A DNA stretch of 64,000 nt, from NCBI GenBank assembly GCA_947177165.1, contig CAMWTP010000020.1, positions 5,238-69,237 of the forward strand. The letters run 5' to 3'. The translations under genes and the position numbers were made by a program. The stretch comes from an uncultured Lachnospiraceae bacterium (GTDB taxonomy: Bacteria > Bacillota > Clostridia > Lachnospirales > Lachnospiraceae). Shown here piece after piece: positions 28,410 through 39,564 of the stretch (position 1 is its first letter; every line of letters starts with the position of its first letter). The notes below the pieces were generated by a model, which saw nothing but the letters and a program-made list of their open reading frames with translations, was not told where the DNA came from and searched no databases.

Positions 28410-29570
28410 CTATTTGCTGAACAATGTCTTCAGATTGTCCTCGTTGAGCCGGGCACCGATCACACAGATTTTCCCTGTCACCTCCGCTGCGCCGGCGCGC
28501 ACGTTACTCTCACCCGGAACATAGTCGAAGTTCAGCCATGTGCCATCTCCAGCCGGAACCATGCCCTTTGCGCGGAGAATCGAACCATACTTCTTCTCGT
28601 CCTCAAGCTCCTCCAGAATGTGCTCCAGATCCGCCTTCGTGTAAGCAGCCGGCGTCTCAAATCCCCAGCTTGCGAAGATATCATCCGCATGATGATGGTG
28701 ATGCTCGTGGTCATGATCATGACAGCCGCAAGTACACTCCTCACCATGGTCATGATGATGCTCGTGGTCATTATGGTCGTGATGACAATGTTCATGTTCA
28801 TCATGGTCATGCTCATGATGATGGTGCTCATGCTCATCATGATGACAGTGCTCGTGCTCGTCGTGGTCATGATGATGTTCATGTCCGTCATGGTCATGGT
28901 CGTGGTGGTGATGATGGTGCTCATGCTCGTCATGAAGCTTTGCGACCTCCGCCATGAGCTCCGCCTCCAAGTCCTTCGCATTCTCTATCGTCTCGAGAAT
29001 CTTCTTCCCGTCAAGCGCATCCCAAGGTGTCGTGATGACGGTTGCCTTGTCATTGTGCTCACGGATGATCTCCAATGCTGTATTTAATTTACTCTCACTG
29101 ATATCCGCTGTTCTGCTTAAGATAATCGTGCCGGCATGCTCGATCTGATTCAGAAAGAACTCTCCAAAATTCTTCGCGTACATTTTGCACTTGTTCGCAT
29201 CGACAACAACCACTGCGCTGTTGAGTTCCACCTCCGCATCGGTATCCACATTCTGCACGGCCTTCATGACGTCAGAGAGCTTTCCCACGCCAGACGGCTC
29301 GATCAGGATTCGCTCCGGGTGATATGTCTCGATCACTTCCTTCAGGGAACTGCCGAAATCGCCTACCAGTGAGCAGCAGATGCAGCCGGAATTCATCTCC
29401 TTGATCTCAACGCCTGCCTCCTTCAGGAAACCGCCGTCAATACCAATCTCGCCAAACTCATTTTCGATCAGTACCACTTTGGATGCATCGAGCGCCTCCT
29501 TCAACAGTTTCTTGATCAGTGTCGTCTTTCCAGCCCCCAAAAAACCTGAAAATATATCTATCTTTGTCAT
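28410..29570 (-). CDS. COG0523/CobW G3E metallochaperone GTPase with His-rich insert
   Basis: GFLGAGKTT, ENEFGEIGID, SGCICC, IEPSG, LRAKG; long poly-His tract. Confidence 0.95.
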   Translation of the reverse strand: MTKIDIFSGFLGAGKTTLIKKLLKEALDASKVVLIENEFGEIGIDGGFLKEAGVEIKEMNSGCICCSLVGDFGSSLKEVIETYHPERILIEPSGVGKLSDVMKAVQNVDTDAEVELNSAVVVVDANKCKMYAKNFGEFFLNQIEHAGTIILSRTADISESKLNTALEIIREHNDKATVITTPWDALDGKKILETIENAKDLEAELMAEVAKLHDEHEHHHHHHDHDHDGHEHHHDHDEHEHCHHDEHEHHHHEHDHDEHEHCHHDHNDHEHHHDHGEECTCGCHDHDHEHHHHHADDIFASWGFETPAAYTKADLEHILEELEDEKKYGSILRAKGMVPAGDGTWLNFDYVPGESNVRAGAAEVTGKICVIGARLNEDNLKTLFSK

Positions 29571-29719
29571 TTTAACAACCTCCTCTATAGTTTGTTACTA
29601 CTAATTGCTTTTTCTCTAATTTTTTATCTTATCACAATCTCATAAAACATGCCATAGCCTGGATATTAAAATTCAATAAAAATCCATCAGGCGCGGCAAA
29701 AAATGATACAGATCCCCAT

Positions 29720-30238
29720 CTACGTCAGATACCACTGAAGCTCCACCGCAGGAATTTCCTCATAATTGTCAGCGCCCTCGCCCTTCCTGAGATATACATT
29801 GCGAATCCCGGCCTGTATGATCATACGGGCACACAGCGGGCACGGCTTTGCCTTGTGCACCGACAAATCACCGGGATTGATACCTGCCAGATACAGATCC
29901 GCTCCAAGCGTCTGCTCTCTGGAACAGTTTAGCAGGGCGTTTGCCTCCGCGTGAACTGCCCTGCAGATGGCATACCCCTCCCCCTGGTGCATATCCAGCC
30001 TGATACGCGGACATTCCCCGATATCACAGCAGTTCTCAAAACCTCTGGGCGAACCGTTATAACCGGTTGAGATCACGGCATCGTCCTTGACAACGACCGC
30101 TCCGTATTTTCTTTTGATACAAGTGCTCCGGTACGCAAAGTTCTCCGCGCAGTTCAGATACGCATCTATTTTCGAAATTCGCTTATTTCCCTCTGGTTTA
30201 ACCACGTTTTCTACCTCGATCCATTGCTTCAGAATCAT
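29720..30238 (-). CDS. dCMP deaminase-family Zn deaminase
   Basis: RSTC, TGYNG, HAEANA, PCPLC. Confidence 0.92.
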   Translation of the reverse strand: MILKQWIEVENVVKPEGNKRISKIDAYLNCAENFAYRSTCIKRKYGAVVVKDDAVISTGYNGSPRGFENCCDIGECPRIRLDMHQGEGYAICRAVHAEANALLNCSREQTLGADLYLAGINPGDLSVHKAKPCPLCARMIIQAGIRNVYLRKGEGADNYEEIPAVELQWYLT

Positions 30239-31089
30239 TTTCCTTCATTGATAATCATTTCATATTCCGCTGCGATCAATGATGACGGAATACTGTACGT
30301 AATCTCAGCTTCTCTCATCTCCGCGTCCTCCGGTACTTCTCCGCCGGAAATCATGCCGAGAAAGTGACCGCCCTCGTCAAACACACCGCCGCCGGACATC
30401 CCGGCTCTCGAATAGCACTCCGTCACCAGTACTTTTGTGTTAAACAAGGGCACAAACGCCAGTCCCGCAATAACTCCCGACGAAAAGGCGGCAGTGTTTT
30501 CATCCATCACCGCTCCCACCTGCAAAACACGTCTACCCGGGTATGCTGCGTCAAACGCTGCCTTTGCCTCCGCTGACTCCGTCTCATAGAAAACAGGCAC
30601 CGCCTCATAAATGTCGCGCAGGACATTGTCTGTCACTGCCCGCTCCTGTATTCTGACAAATCCAATGTCATACTGCTGGGAATATCCGATCACGTCCGCA
30701 ATCACAGTCTCCCCATTTCCAAAAACAATCTCTGCAGTCACATCCTTCATAAGCAAATGCCTGTTGGAGACAATCACGATCCCCTCTTCGATCTTCCATA
30801 TTGTTCCGCTCCCCGCGGCATCTCCCACAATAACTTTCACGATACTCCGCTTCGCCAGCTGATATACAATCTGCATTCTTATATCCCCCGTATCAAATTC
30901 CCCTTCTTCTGACACTTTCAATCCGGCTGTCTGTGCCATTTTGACCGCAGCTTGTTCCGATACGCATGATTTGACTGCAAATCCATCTTTTTCCATATTA
31001 ATCCTGTGTATCATGACACTTAACACTACGATAATACCTGATATTGTCAGTATGCCCCAAAAACACGCAAAGATTTTTTCCTTTTTCAT
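30235..31089 (-). CDS. Membrane-anchored trypsin-like (S1) serine protease
   Basis: N-terminal TM; triad motifs SNRHL, YDIGF, GMSGGG. Confidence 0.85.
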   Translation of the reverse strand: MKKEKIFACFWGILTISGIIVVLSVMIHRINMEKDGFAVKSCVSEQAAVKMAQTAGLKVSEEGEFDTGDIRMQIVYQLAKRSIVKVIVGDAAGSGTIWKIEEGIVIVSNRHLLMKDVTAEIVFGNGETVIADVIGYSQQYDIGFVRIQERAVTDNVLRDIYEAVPVFYETESAEAKAAFDAAYPGRRVLQVGAVMDENTAAFSSGVIAGLAFVPLFNTKVLVTECYSRAGMSGGGVFDEGGHFLGMISGGEVPEDAEMREAEITYSIPSSLIAAEYEMIINEGK

Positions 31090-31116
31090 TTATATTCCCA
31101 ATGACAGACATACAAC

Positions 31117-31149
31117 AATTCCAGCATAGCCGCGAACCATGCTGGAATT
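31117..31149 (-). terminator. Stem-loop after the L,D-transpeptidase gene
   Basis: AATTCCAGCAT ... ATGCTGGAATT. Confidence 0.55.
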
Positions 31150-31164
31150 CTAAAAATCCAAAAA

Positions 31165-32739
31165 TTACTGCTGCGGAATCTCAACAGGAACCTCTGTCGG
31201 AACCTGCGCCGGCTGTGCCAGCGTTCCGTCAGGATTTAACAACCCAGCCTCAATCCAAAGCTGTATCTGCTGTTCCGGTGTCAGTCCAGTATCCGCAGTC
31301 TCCCCGGGCTCTGGTATCTCCTCCGTTTTTTCAGGTGTCTCCTGCCTCGGGACAGATGTCTGCCCACCGTAGACGATAACCGGCTCTCCCTTCTCCACAT
31401 ACTCGTAGATTACCTTCGCTTTTTTCGGAGGCAGGTTCACACAGCCATGTGATCCGTTCCTGAGATAAATGTCCTCCCCAAACGAACTTCTCCATGAAGC
31501 ATCGTGCATCCCCACATTTCCATTAAATGGCATCCAGTAATCTACATGGGAAGTATACGTCGCCCCCCTGAGTGTCGCATTGCGCTCCTTGTATGTGATG
31601 CCATACACGCCAACCGGGGTATTGTATCCCTTGCTCACATTGCCTGATACGAAATCCGTGTCCTCCACCAGCTCGCCATCCTTGTAAAGCCACAAATGCT
31701 GGCTTGTCAGATCAATCTCCACATAGGTATCACCGATATCATTGTCGCCGTACTGCGCCGCCTCCGCATGATAAACCGGAGTTCTCTCGCCGCTTCTTCC
31801 ACTTTTGATCTGCTCGATCAGTTCCTGCGTCTCCTCTGCCCGGTTCATCCACCAGCCATATGCTCCCTCTGTAATCGTGATGACTTCGCCGCCTGTCGTC
31901 TGGAACTCCCGCTTCCTGCCCCATGTATCATATTTCCGCGCAAGCCCATTTACATATTCCCGCACAAGCTCAGGATCAAGATCGATCGTCCTGTCATCTT
32001 TTATCATCCAGTCTTTTATGATACTGCCGTCCAGCACCTCAGATTCTTCTCCAAATGTATATGTAATGGTAACTCCTGTATAACGGTTTCGCTCCTCACA
32101 CTCCTTCTGCAGCGCACGATCGCCTGATGTGACCTGTGCATTGGTATAACACTCCTTTGCGTCCAGATCAACGGATTCTTCCAGAAGACTGACAGCCTCC
32201 TCCACCGCACTGCGAATCTTCTCCCGAACCGGAACAGTCCCTTTGTCCTCCGGGATAATCTGATAACCACTTTCGGTGTAATCGCTCAGATATGCATCCT
32301 GCGGCTGTCTGATATTTTCATTCTCGAAAAAACATAATGTATCAATTTTTTTGTCCAGCGCCTCCTGGGAATAAGTCACCAGCGTATCAACATTATATTC
32401 TGTCTCCTTAAAAACCGATGCCGGCCACAGAAAGGCCTCCTGCCCTTCCACAATATCTTCAAACTCATGACCAAATTCCACCCGGAGCGCAATATCCGCC
32501 GCGGTGATCGTGTCTGTCAGCCCATCCCTTCCGTTGATCGTCAACACATATTGACTGGAAGTATCCAGAAAACCATTCTGCACCGTATTGACAGCACTGA
32601 CGGAATAGTTCTCACCGTTAATGATGGTATTAAAGAAGAAATGTTTTGTAAAAAACAATGCAAGTCCCAGATAGGTCACTGCAGCCGCAGTAATCACTGT
32701 AATTATTATGTATAGTATTCTTCTCTTCATTCTCCGCAT
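31165..32739 (-). CDS. L,D-transpeptidase with peptidoglycan-binding (PG_binding_4-like) repeats
   Basis: N-terminal TM; YkuD motifs YVEIDLTSQHL, TPVG, GMHDASWR, GSHGCVNL. Confidence 0.93.
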   Translation of the reverse strand: MRRMKRRILYIIITVITAAAVTYLGLALFFTKHFFFNTIINGENYSVSAVNTVQNGFLDTSSQYVLTINGRDGLTDTITAADIALRVEFGHEFEDIVEGQEAFLWPASVFKETEYNVDTLVTYSQEALDKKIDTLCFFENENIRQPQDAYLSDYTESGYQIIPEDKGTVPVREKIRSAVEEAVSLLEESVDLDAKECYTNAQVTSGDRALQKECEERNRYTGVTITYTFGEESEVLDGSIIKDWMIKDDRTIDLDPELVREYVNGLARKYDTWGRKREFQTTGGEVITITEGAYGWWMNRAEETQELIEQIKSGRSGERTPVYHAEAAQYGDNDIGDTYVEIDLTSQHLWLYKDGELVEDTDFVSGNVSKGYNTPVGVYGITYKERNATLRGATYTSHVDYWMPFNGNVGMHDASWRSSFGEDIYLRNGSHGCVNLPPKKAKVIYEYVEKGEPVIVYGGQTSVPRQETPEKTEEIPEPGETADTGLTPEQQIQLWIEAGLLNPDGTLAQPAQVPTEVPVEIPQQ

Positions 32740-32815
32740 ATCAGTACCTCTAATCAAACACAATATTTACTTGCATAGTACAATACTCTGGCATCCATAG
32801 CCAGAGTACTCCTGT

Positions 32816-33174
32816 CGGCAACCGCAGCGATAAGCCGGGTTCTGTCGAGAATGATCATCTATCTAGGACTGACGTCACCGTCAGCCTCAAGCGACCTACC
32901 TGAGAACAGACCGGGCCAGCCTGTGGTTCTCTGTTTGGTCTTGCTTCGGATGGGGTTTACATGTGCCCTCCGCGTTACCGCGGAGGCGGTGGTCTCTTAC
33001 ACCGCCCTTCCACCCTTACCTCTATGCTTTCGCACAGAGGCGGTATATTTCTGTTGCACTGGCCTTGGAGTCGCCTCCACCGGACGTTATCCGGCATCCT
33101 GCCCTGTGAAGCCCGGACTTTCCTCACCTCACCGGAATATTCCGGCAAGCCGCGATCATTTACTACAGTTGCCG
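32816..33174 (-). ncRNA. rnpB: RNase P RNA (type A)
   Basis: Minus strand carries GAGGAAAGTCCGGGC near the 5' end and ACAGAACCCGGCTTA near the 3' end; termini CGGCAAC/GTTGCCG pair as P1; promoter TTGAAA-17-TACGAT at 33181-33209. Confidence 0.97.
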
Positions 33175-33225
33175 CAACCTATCGTAACACATTACATTGC
33201 CTTTTTCAAGTACTTCTTTTCGCTT

Positions 33226-34908
33226 TTAAACCTTAAAACAGCTTCCGCCCACAAACTCCCGCACGATGGAATTTTTTGGAAGCTCCTCTGTGCCCACTCC
33301 CAGAAAATAGCTCAAAAACTTCAGAAGCCGCACTGCCTCAAAGTACTCCGGCTCACCCTTCTCGATACTGTAGAGCAGCGGTTCCGCATACGGTTTGAGC
33401 ACCGCAAGTTCATAGATCAATGCCGAGTTGAACATGGCATCTGCACTCTCCTGAAACGGAAAGATATTCTCTGTCTCCCCGTTTCGCACCGAAGGCCACA
33501 TCTGAATCGTCCGCTTAGCCGTCGCGCCTCTCGTCCGTGCATCCCGCACCAGACGTCTGAGCAGTCTGCCGTCCGTGGTCGGAATACGGTTATGTTCATC
33601 CACATTCAGCGTCGTAAGCGCGCTGATATAGATCTTGTATTTGCTCTCAGCCGGAAGCGCATAGGACATCTTGTCATTTAACCCGTGGATTCCCTCTATG
33701 ACAAGGATGTCATCGGGACCAAGCTGTTTGAAGTTTCCTTTATACTCCCGCTTGCCTGTCACAAAATTGAAAGTGGGCAGCTCCACCCGCTCGCCGGCCA
33801 GCAGCGCGCACATGTCGTCGTTAAACTTCTGTGTGTCGATCGCCTCAAGACACTCAAAATCATAGTCGCCGTTGGGCTGCTTCGGTGTCTTCTCCCTGTC
33901 GACAAAGTAATCATCCGCAGCGATCGGATGCGGTGTCAGTCCATGCGTCCGAAGCTGCACAGACAGCCTGTGTGAGAAAGTCGTCTTTCCCGACGAGGAA
34001 GGACCTGCGATCATGACAAATTTAATCCCGCCGCGCGACACGATATCCGAAGCAATCTCACTGATCCTGCGCTCCTGCAGCGCCTCCTGCACAAGCACAA
34101 GCTCGTTAAATCCGCCCTTGCGTATCTGATCATTCAAGTCGCTCACCGTGTCCACGCCCAGCTTTTCACCCCAATCCGACGCGATTTCCATGGACTTAAA
34201 AAGCTTTGGCAGCGGCTGAAACTCCTCCAGAACGGTCGGATTTTTCTTATTCGGCAGTATCAGCACCATGCCATCCTCATATTTCTGCAGGTCAAAATAT
34301 TTCACATATCCGGTACTCGGAAGCATGAAACCATAGTAATAGTCATAGTATCCATCCAGGTTGTAGACATTGACTGTCGAGCTGCCCCTGTATCGGAACA
34401 GACTCACTTTATCTGTCATCTTCTGATTTGCAAAAAGGACATTCGCCTCCTCCAGCGGCATGGACTTTTTGATAATGCAATAGTCCTTATCTATGTATTC
34501 CTGCATCTTTGCCCTGATCTGTGCCACAACCTCATCTGTTATCTCGAAATCCCCTTTTTTGGCACAGTAATAACCGCTGCCGATGGCAAATTCCATCTTG
34601 ATCTTCTCGATCTTATCCATACCGATCACATCATTGATCGCTTTCATGAGGATGATCGTCGCTGTGCGGTTGTATGTCTTGTGTCCCGTGTCATCCGCCA
34701 TTGTCAGAAACTCTACTTCACAATCCTGGTCAACCTTCTTGAACAGTTCTCTGATCTTTCCATTTCTGACCGCCAGCGCAATCTGGTATGGATAATCCTT
34801 CTGATACACTCCGGCAATCTCGCCAAAAGTCACCCCGGCAGGGTATTCTCTGGTCTTTCCATTCACTGTCACCAGAAAACTTTGCTTCTTTTCACTGTTT
34901 CTATCCAT
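33226..34908 (-). CDS. Nucleoside (uridine) kinase-family protein with ThrRS-like N-terminal domains
   Basis: TGS/ThrRS-like N-terminus; P-loop AGPSSSGKTT, IEGIHGLN, RLLRRLVRDARTRG. Confidence 0.9.
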   Translation of the reverse strand: MDRNSEKKQSFLVTVNGKTREYPAGVTFGEIAGVYQKDYPYQIALAVRNGKIRELFKKVDQDCEVEFLTMADDTGHKTYNRTATIILMKAINDVIGMDKIEKIKMEFAIGSGYYCAKKGDFEITDEVVAQIRAKMQEYIDKDYCIIKKSMPLEEANVLFANQKMTDKVSLFRYRGSSTVNVYNLDGYYDYYYGFMLPSTGYVKYFDLQKYEDGMVLILPNKKNPTVLEEFQPLPKLFKSMEIASDWGEKLGVDTVSDLNDQIRKGGFNELVLVQEALQERRISEIASDIVSRGGIKFVMIAGPSSSGKTTFSHRLSVQLRTHGLTPHPIAADDYFVDREKTPKQPNGDYDFECLEAIDTQKFNDDMCALLAGERVELPTFNFVTGKREYKGNFKQLGPDDILVIEGIHGLNDKMSYALPAESKYKIYISALTTLNVDEHNRIPTTDGRLLRRLVRDARTRGATAKRTIQMWPSVRNGETENIFPFQESADAMFNSALIYELAVLKPYAEPLLYSIEKGEPEYFEAVRLLKFLSYFLGVGTEELPKNSIVREFVGGSCFKV

Positions 34909-34938
34909 TGCTCCTTCCCCTTTCTTTTCTACAATCAT

Positions 34939-35721
34939 CTATATCACTACAAAAGGCTCTTTGACCGCGGCCTTGTATATCTGTATCCCGGACAGCTCTC
35001 TCCTGATAAACTCCTCCATATAAGGTACGAAAAGCTTCTCAATGCCATAATGCCCAGCATCAATCACCGCAATTCCCTGCGCAACTGCATCAATTCCTTC
35101 ATGATGATCGACATCCCCTGTTATCATCACATCTGCCCCCGCATTCAGGGCATCACGGATGTAACTGCCGCCGGAGCCGGGCATCACTGCCGCTGTTTCG
35201 ACAATATCCCCCAAATCGCCAAACACCCTGACATTCGGCACATGAAATTTTTCCTTCACAAATTCTGCAAGCTCCGCCACACGCATACGTTTTTCCAGTT
35301 TTCCTACCCTGCCACAGCCTTCCTTGGCGATATCGTCCTCATAAGTGATATTCAATACCTGTCTGTCTCTCAGCAAAAGCTCGTCAGCCGCCGCGTCAGC
35401 CATCCCCATCACATCAAAGTTGGTGTGCATGGCATAATAGCTGATGTCATTCCGAATCAGTTCACAGACGCGTCTCCCGATAAAATCGTCCGTGTTAACC
35501 CTGCCAAGCTTCCTGAAGATAAGCGGATGATGAGTGAGCAGCAGATCGGCGCCGAGACGCACGGCCTCATCAATCACATCGTCTGTCGCGTCCAGTGCGA
35601 TGTAAACTGTCCCGACCTCTTTGTCGCGTCTGCCTGCGAGCAGACCGATATTATCCCACTCCTCCGCGAATGCTGTCGGTGAGAGGGCTTCCAGTTTTTC
35701 GATGACCTCATAGCATTTCAT
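34939..35721 (-). CDS. Nif3-like dinuclear metal centre protein
   Basis: WDNIGLL, THHPLIF, MHTNFD, GSGG, TGDVDHH, DAGHYGIE. Confidence 0.95.
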   Translation of the reverse strand: MKCYEVIEKLEALSPTAFAEEWDNIGLLAGRRDKEVGTVYIALDATDDVIDEAVRLGADLLLTHHPLIFRKLGRVNTDDFIGRRVCELIRNDISYYAMHTNFDVMGMADAAADELLLRDRQVLNITYEDDIAKEGCGRVGKLEKRMRVAELAEFVKEKFHVPNVRVFGDLGDIVETAAVMPGSGGSYIRDALNAGADVMITGDVDHHEGIDAVAQGIAVIDAGHYGIEKLFVPYMEEFIRRELSGIQIYKAAVKEPFVVI

Positions 35722-35749
35722 ATGCGTTCTCCATTATCTATGTAATCTC

Positions 35750-36589
35750 TTATTTGTATTTAAAATAGCAGTACAGACAAAACACGATATCGCTCAGCTT
35801 TTCGTCAAGCTCCTCCACACGGCGCTGCTGCCGTTCTGTCAGCTGCTGCTGGCTGAGCAGATTGTTTCTGATATTCTCAAAATTTGCCTTCTGCCACAGC
35901 AGATACCGCTTTAAGACTGGATGTGCCATCGCCAGAAGACATGGACCATATGTATCCTGAACCCTTGTGAGCCGCTGCGCCTCTCCCTTTGATACTTCTG
36001 AGATGTGAAACGGCTGTCTGCTCGATGGGATTCCATTGATGTATACTCCGCTTTTTTTGCACTTTTGCTCCAGGTTTCCGCTAATCTGCCGTTCCAGCTT
36101 ACCAAAGGCACCGGGCAGTGCACGCATCATCGGATAGTACTTTCCATCCTCATAGATGATATCCTCCCTGTCAATCAGATAGCCCTTTTTCCTCAGATAC
36201 CCCCGCACTTCATCCACCTCTGACTGGGGCTGCAATATCACCTGCTTCATCTCTCCGATCAGCCTTTTTCCCTGCTCTAATATGGATATGACCAGCTTTC
36301 CTCCCATCCCGGCACAGATCACGCCCTCCGCCTCGCCTTCCCGCAGCGCGCTGACGCCGTCTGACAGTCTGGTCTCTATATAATCCTGCATGTCATAATC
36401 AATAATATTACGTTTTGCCCTGTCCAGAGGTCCGCTGTTAATATCCATCGCAATCACATGTCTGCATATGTTGCTTCTGACAAGCTCCATAGCGACATAG
36501 CCATGGTCACAGCCGATATCTGCGATACTTTTGCAGGGCTGCACCAGTCCCGCCACAGCCCTCATTCTATCCGATAACAGCATCTGCAT
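35750..36589 (-). CDS. trmK: tRNA (adenine(22)-N1)-methyltransferase
   Basis: ADIGCDHGY, RLSDG, AGMGG, ILQPQS, EDGKYY; conserved position after sigA. Start set at MQMLLS. Confidence 0.92.
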   Translation of the reverse strand: MQMLLSDRMRAVAGLVQPCKSIADIGCDHGYVAMELVRSNICRHVIAMDINSGPLDRAKRNIIDYDMQDYIETRLSDGVSALREGEAEGVICAGMGGKLVISILEQGKRLIGEMKQVILQPQSEVDEVRGYLRKKGYLIDREDIIYEDGKYYPMMRALPGAFGKLERQISGNLEQKCKKSGVYINGIPSSRQPFHISEVSKGEAQRLTRVQDTYGPCLLAMAHPVLKRYLLWQKANFENIRNNLLSQQQLTERQQRRVEELDEKLSDIVFCLYCYFKYK

Positions 36590-36596
36590 TATTCTC

Positions 36597-37712
36597 CTAA
36601 TCCAAAAAATCCTTGAGTTTGCGGCTTCTTGAAGGATGACGCAGCTTTCTGAGTGCCTTTGCCTCAATCTGCCGGATGCGCTCTCTTGTGACATTGAACT
36701 CCTTGCCGACTTCCTCGAGCGTACGCGCCCTGCCGTCGTCAAGACCAAAACGAAGTCTCAAAACCTTCTGCTCCCTGTCAGTCAGCGTATCGAGCACCTC
36801 GACCAGCTGTTCTTTCAGCAGCGTAAACGCCGCGGCGTCAGCCGGCACCGGAACATTATCATCTTGTATAAAATCTCCCAGATGACTGTCCTCCTCCTCA
36901 CCAATCGGAGTCTCCAGCGACACTGGCTCCTGAGAAATCTTGAGAATTTCGCGCACGCGGTCCTCAGGCATATTCATTTCTTTTGCGATCTCCTCCGGTG
37001 TCGGTTCGCGTCCAAGCTCCTGAAGCAGCTGTCTGCTCACGCGGATCAGCTTGTTGATCGTCTCAACCATATGCACAGGAATGCGGATCGTCCTCGCCTG
37101 GTCTGCAATCGCCCTTGTGATCGCCTGACGGATCCACCAGGTCGCGTATGTGGAGAATTTGTAACCTTTCCTGTAATCAAACTTTTCCACTGCCTTGATC
37201 AGTCCGAGGTTTCCTTCCTGTATCAGATCCAGAAACAGCATCCCGCGTCCGACATACCGCTTGGCAATGCTCACCACGAGACGAAGATTGGCTTCCGCGA
37301 GCCTTTTCTTGGCGTCCTCGTCCCCAAGCTCCATCTTCTTGGCAAGCTCAATCTCCTCGTCAGCGCTCAGAAGCGGTACTTTACCGATTTCCTTGAGATA
37401 CATTCTGACCGGATCCTCGATTCCGACACCGTCTGGTACGGACAGATCGATATTCTCCACATCCATCTCTTCATCATCCACCAGCAGCAGGTCATCATCG
37501 GGCAGATCGTCATCGTCGTCAGTAATGCGAAGCACATCTACATTATTCTGTTCGAGCGTCTCCAGAATCCGCTCAAACTGCTCCTCCTCGAGCGGCATAT
37601 CCTTAAAAAAATCGCTGATTTCCTGATATTCCAGCACATTTTTCTTCTTTTTTGCCATCGACAGGAGCTCTTTTAATTTCGCATCAAATTTTGCTTGTGT
37701 GTTTTCATCCAT
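36597..37712 (-). CDS. rpoD: Primary sigma factor
   Basis: [61 protein letters not shown]. Confidence 0.99.
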   Translation of the reverse strand: MDENTQAKFDAKLKELLSMAKKKKNVLEYQEISDFFKDMPLEEEQFERILETLEQNNVDVLRITDDDDDLPDDDLLLVDDEEMDVENIDLSVPDGVGIEDPVRMYLKEIGKVPLLSADEEIELAKKMELGDEDAKKRLAEANLRLVVSIAKRYVGRGMLFLDLIQEGNLGLIKAVEKFDYRKGYKFSTYATWWIRQAITRAIADQARTIRIPVHMVETINKLIRVSRQLLQELGREPTPEEIAKEMNMPEDRVREILKISQEPVSLETPIGEEEDSHLGDFIQDDNVPVPADAAAFTLLKEQLVEVLDTLTDREQKVLRLRFGLDDGRARTLEEVGKEFNVTRERIRQIEAKALRKLRHPSRSRKLKDFLD

Positions 37713-37747
37713 TCTGGTCAATCCTCCATACCATATTATTTTTATCC

Positions 37748-39538
37748 TTATTTTAGAGAAATATGCGTTTTGTTAAGTTCTTCCAGTGCTTTTTTCCCCT
37801 CGACCACTCTGCTCATCGCCAGAATATCTCCGCCGGACCGGCTGTTATAGTACTCGAAGCTGTTCTTCTTCACACTGCGAAGGATATCGTTGAAGGCCTT
37901 CTCCCTTGCCTGATCATTCTCCAGCTCCGGAAGTGTTGTCGTAAAAAGCGAGGCCGCCTCACTCTGATCCTTCTCATCCTCAAACATATTGATGATGCCC
38001 GCCGGATTGAGCTGGTTCTTCTCGATGTCCTCAAACATGCGTCTCGCAACCCTGCTGTAGAGCTCCACGGTAAAATCCTCCGGGGCGATATAGTTCCTGA
38101 TCTTTGCGTAGAGCTGCGGGGCATCGGTCAGCCATGTGAGCAGCAGCCGCTGCGATTTCTTCGCATTCTCCTCGGGGGTATTTCTATTTCTGCTCTGTAT
38201 CCCCGACTTTGGCCGCTCTGCCGGCTGCACTGCGTAACCGCCTGTCTTTGCCGCCATGTTCACAACCAGCTTTCGCAGATTGTCAAATCCGATGTGGTAC
38301 TTTTCCGCCACCGCTTCGATATAATTCTCGCGCTCCACATCCTCGCCGAAATCGCAGAGCTTCCTCGCGATCTGATTGTGAAAATTGGTCTTTCCCTCCG
38401 GATCGTTCAGATCAAACTCGCGCTCCAGCATCCGAATCTCAAACAGAAAAGAATTCTCTGCATGGTCGATTCGCTCCTGAAAAGCCTCCTGTCCCAGATT
38501 CTTGATAAATTCATCAGGATCCTTGTAAGGCGACATATTGATGATCCTGCCCGACATCCCCGCATCGCGCAGAATCCGGATCGCGCGAAGCGCCGCCTTC
38601 ACGCCTGCGCCGTCACTGTCATATGCTAACAGGACGTCTTTTGTATATTTCTTGATCAGTCCCGCCTGCCCGGGGGTAAATGCAGTTCCGAGCGATGCCA
38701 CCGCCTGCGTAAATCCCGCCTGATGCATGCTGATGACATCCATATAACCCTCACATAGTATTATATTCCCTGTTCTTGCAGTACGCGCATAGTTCATGCC
38801 ATACAAATTCCTGCTCTTGTCAAAGATTTCCGTCTCCGGCGAGTTCAGATACTTGGGGCCGCTGTCCGCATCGCCCATGATGCGCCCGCCAAAACCAATG
38901 ACACGGTGATTGATATCCTGTATCGGAAACATCACCCGGTTCCAGAACTGCGTCGTTGTTCCCCGCCGTTCATCGGTCTTTGCCAGTCCCACATCACGAA
39001 TCAAATCATCCGTAAAACCCTTCTGATGCAGATACGACAACAGCTCCTCTCCCCTCGCCGGCGCATAGCCAAGTCCAAAATTCTTGCGCATCTCGCCGGA
39101 GAGCTGACGCTTGTCCAAATATTCTTTTGCCTTCGCCCCCCGCTCATTCCGCAGCATGACGTAATAAAACTTTGCCGCTTCCTTGTTGACCTCCAGCAGT
39201 CTTAACCGCCTGCTCTCACGCCGTCTGGCCTCCTCCGAGTACTCCGCCCGCGGAAGCTCCACACCGGCTTTCTCCGCGAGCATCCGCAATGCTTCCGGAA
39301 AGGTACAGTTCTCGTATTTCATCACGAAAGTAATCACATTTCCACCCTCGCCGCAGCCAAAACACTTGTAGATCTGCCTTGCGCGGTTCACGGAAAAAGA
39401 CGGCGTCTTCTCCCCATGAAAAGGGCAGCAGCACATGTAATTGCTGCCCTTTTTCTGCAGCGATATATAACTGGAAATCACATCGACAATATCACTCTTC
39501 TGTCTGACTTCCTCAACCAGTTCCTCTGGATAATACAT
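37748..39538 (-). CDS. dnaG: DNA primase
   Basis: [11 protein letters not shown]...CFGCG Zn finger, [26 protein letters not shown]. Confidence 0.98.
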   Translation of the reverse strand: MYYPEELVEEVRQKSDIVDVISSYISLQKKGSNYMCCCPFHGEKTPSFSVNRARQIYKCFGCGEGGNVITFVMKYENCTFPEALRMLAEKAGVELPRAEYSEEARRRESRRLRLLEVNKEAAKFYYVMLRNERGAKAKEYLDKRQLSGEMRKNFGLGYAPARGEELLSYLHQKGFTDDLIRDVGLAKTDERRGTTTQFWNRVMFPIQDINHRVIGFGGRIMGDADSGPKYLNSPETEIFDKSRNLYGMNYARTARTGNIILCEGYMDVISMHQAGFTQAVASLGTAFTPGQAGLIKKYTKDVLLAYDSDGAGVKAALRAIRILRDAGMSGRIINMSPYKDPDEFIKNLGQEAFQERIDHAENSFLFEIRMLEREFDLNDPEGKTNFHNQIARKLCDFGEDVERENYIEAVAEKYHIGFDNLRKLVVNMAAKTGGYAVQPAERPKSGIQSRNRNTPEENAKKSQRLLLTWLTDAPQLYAKIRNYIAPEDFTVELYSRVARRMFEDIEKNQLNPAGIINMFEDEKDQSEAASLFTTTLPELENDQAREKAFNDILRSVKKNSFEYYNSRSGGDILAMSRVVEGKKALEELNKTHISLK

Positions 39539-39564
39539 TGATATCCAACTCTCTTTCTCAATTC

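Noticed and set aside
28532-28981. Met/Thr/Ile-rich and Met/Val-rich alternative ORFs
   Set aside because: They are alternate-frame readings of the CAT/CAC/GAN-rich poly-His tract.
29571-29719. Zur box or cobalamin riboswitch upstream of the COG0523 gene
   Set aside because: No convincing palindrome or B12-box sequence is visible.
32851-33681. 276-aa plus-strand ORF
   Set aside because: It is antisense to rnpB and the kinase gene and has no recognisable motifs.
36636-37676. Long antisense ORFs (346 aa here; also 46129-47313, 47603-48772, 52407-53315 and others)
   Set aside because: They mirror well-supported minus-strand genes, which is expected from codon bias; no protein motifs seen.
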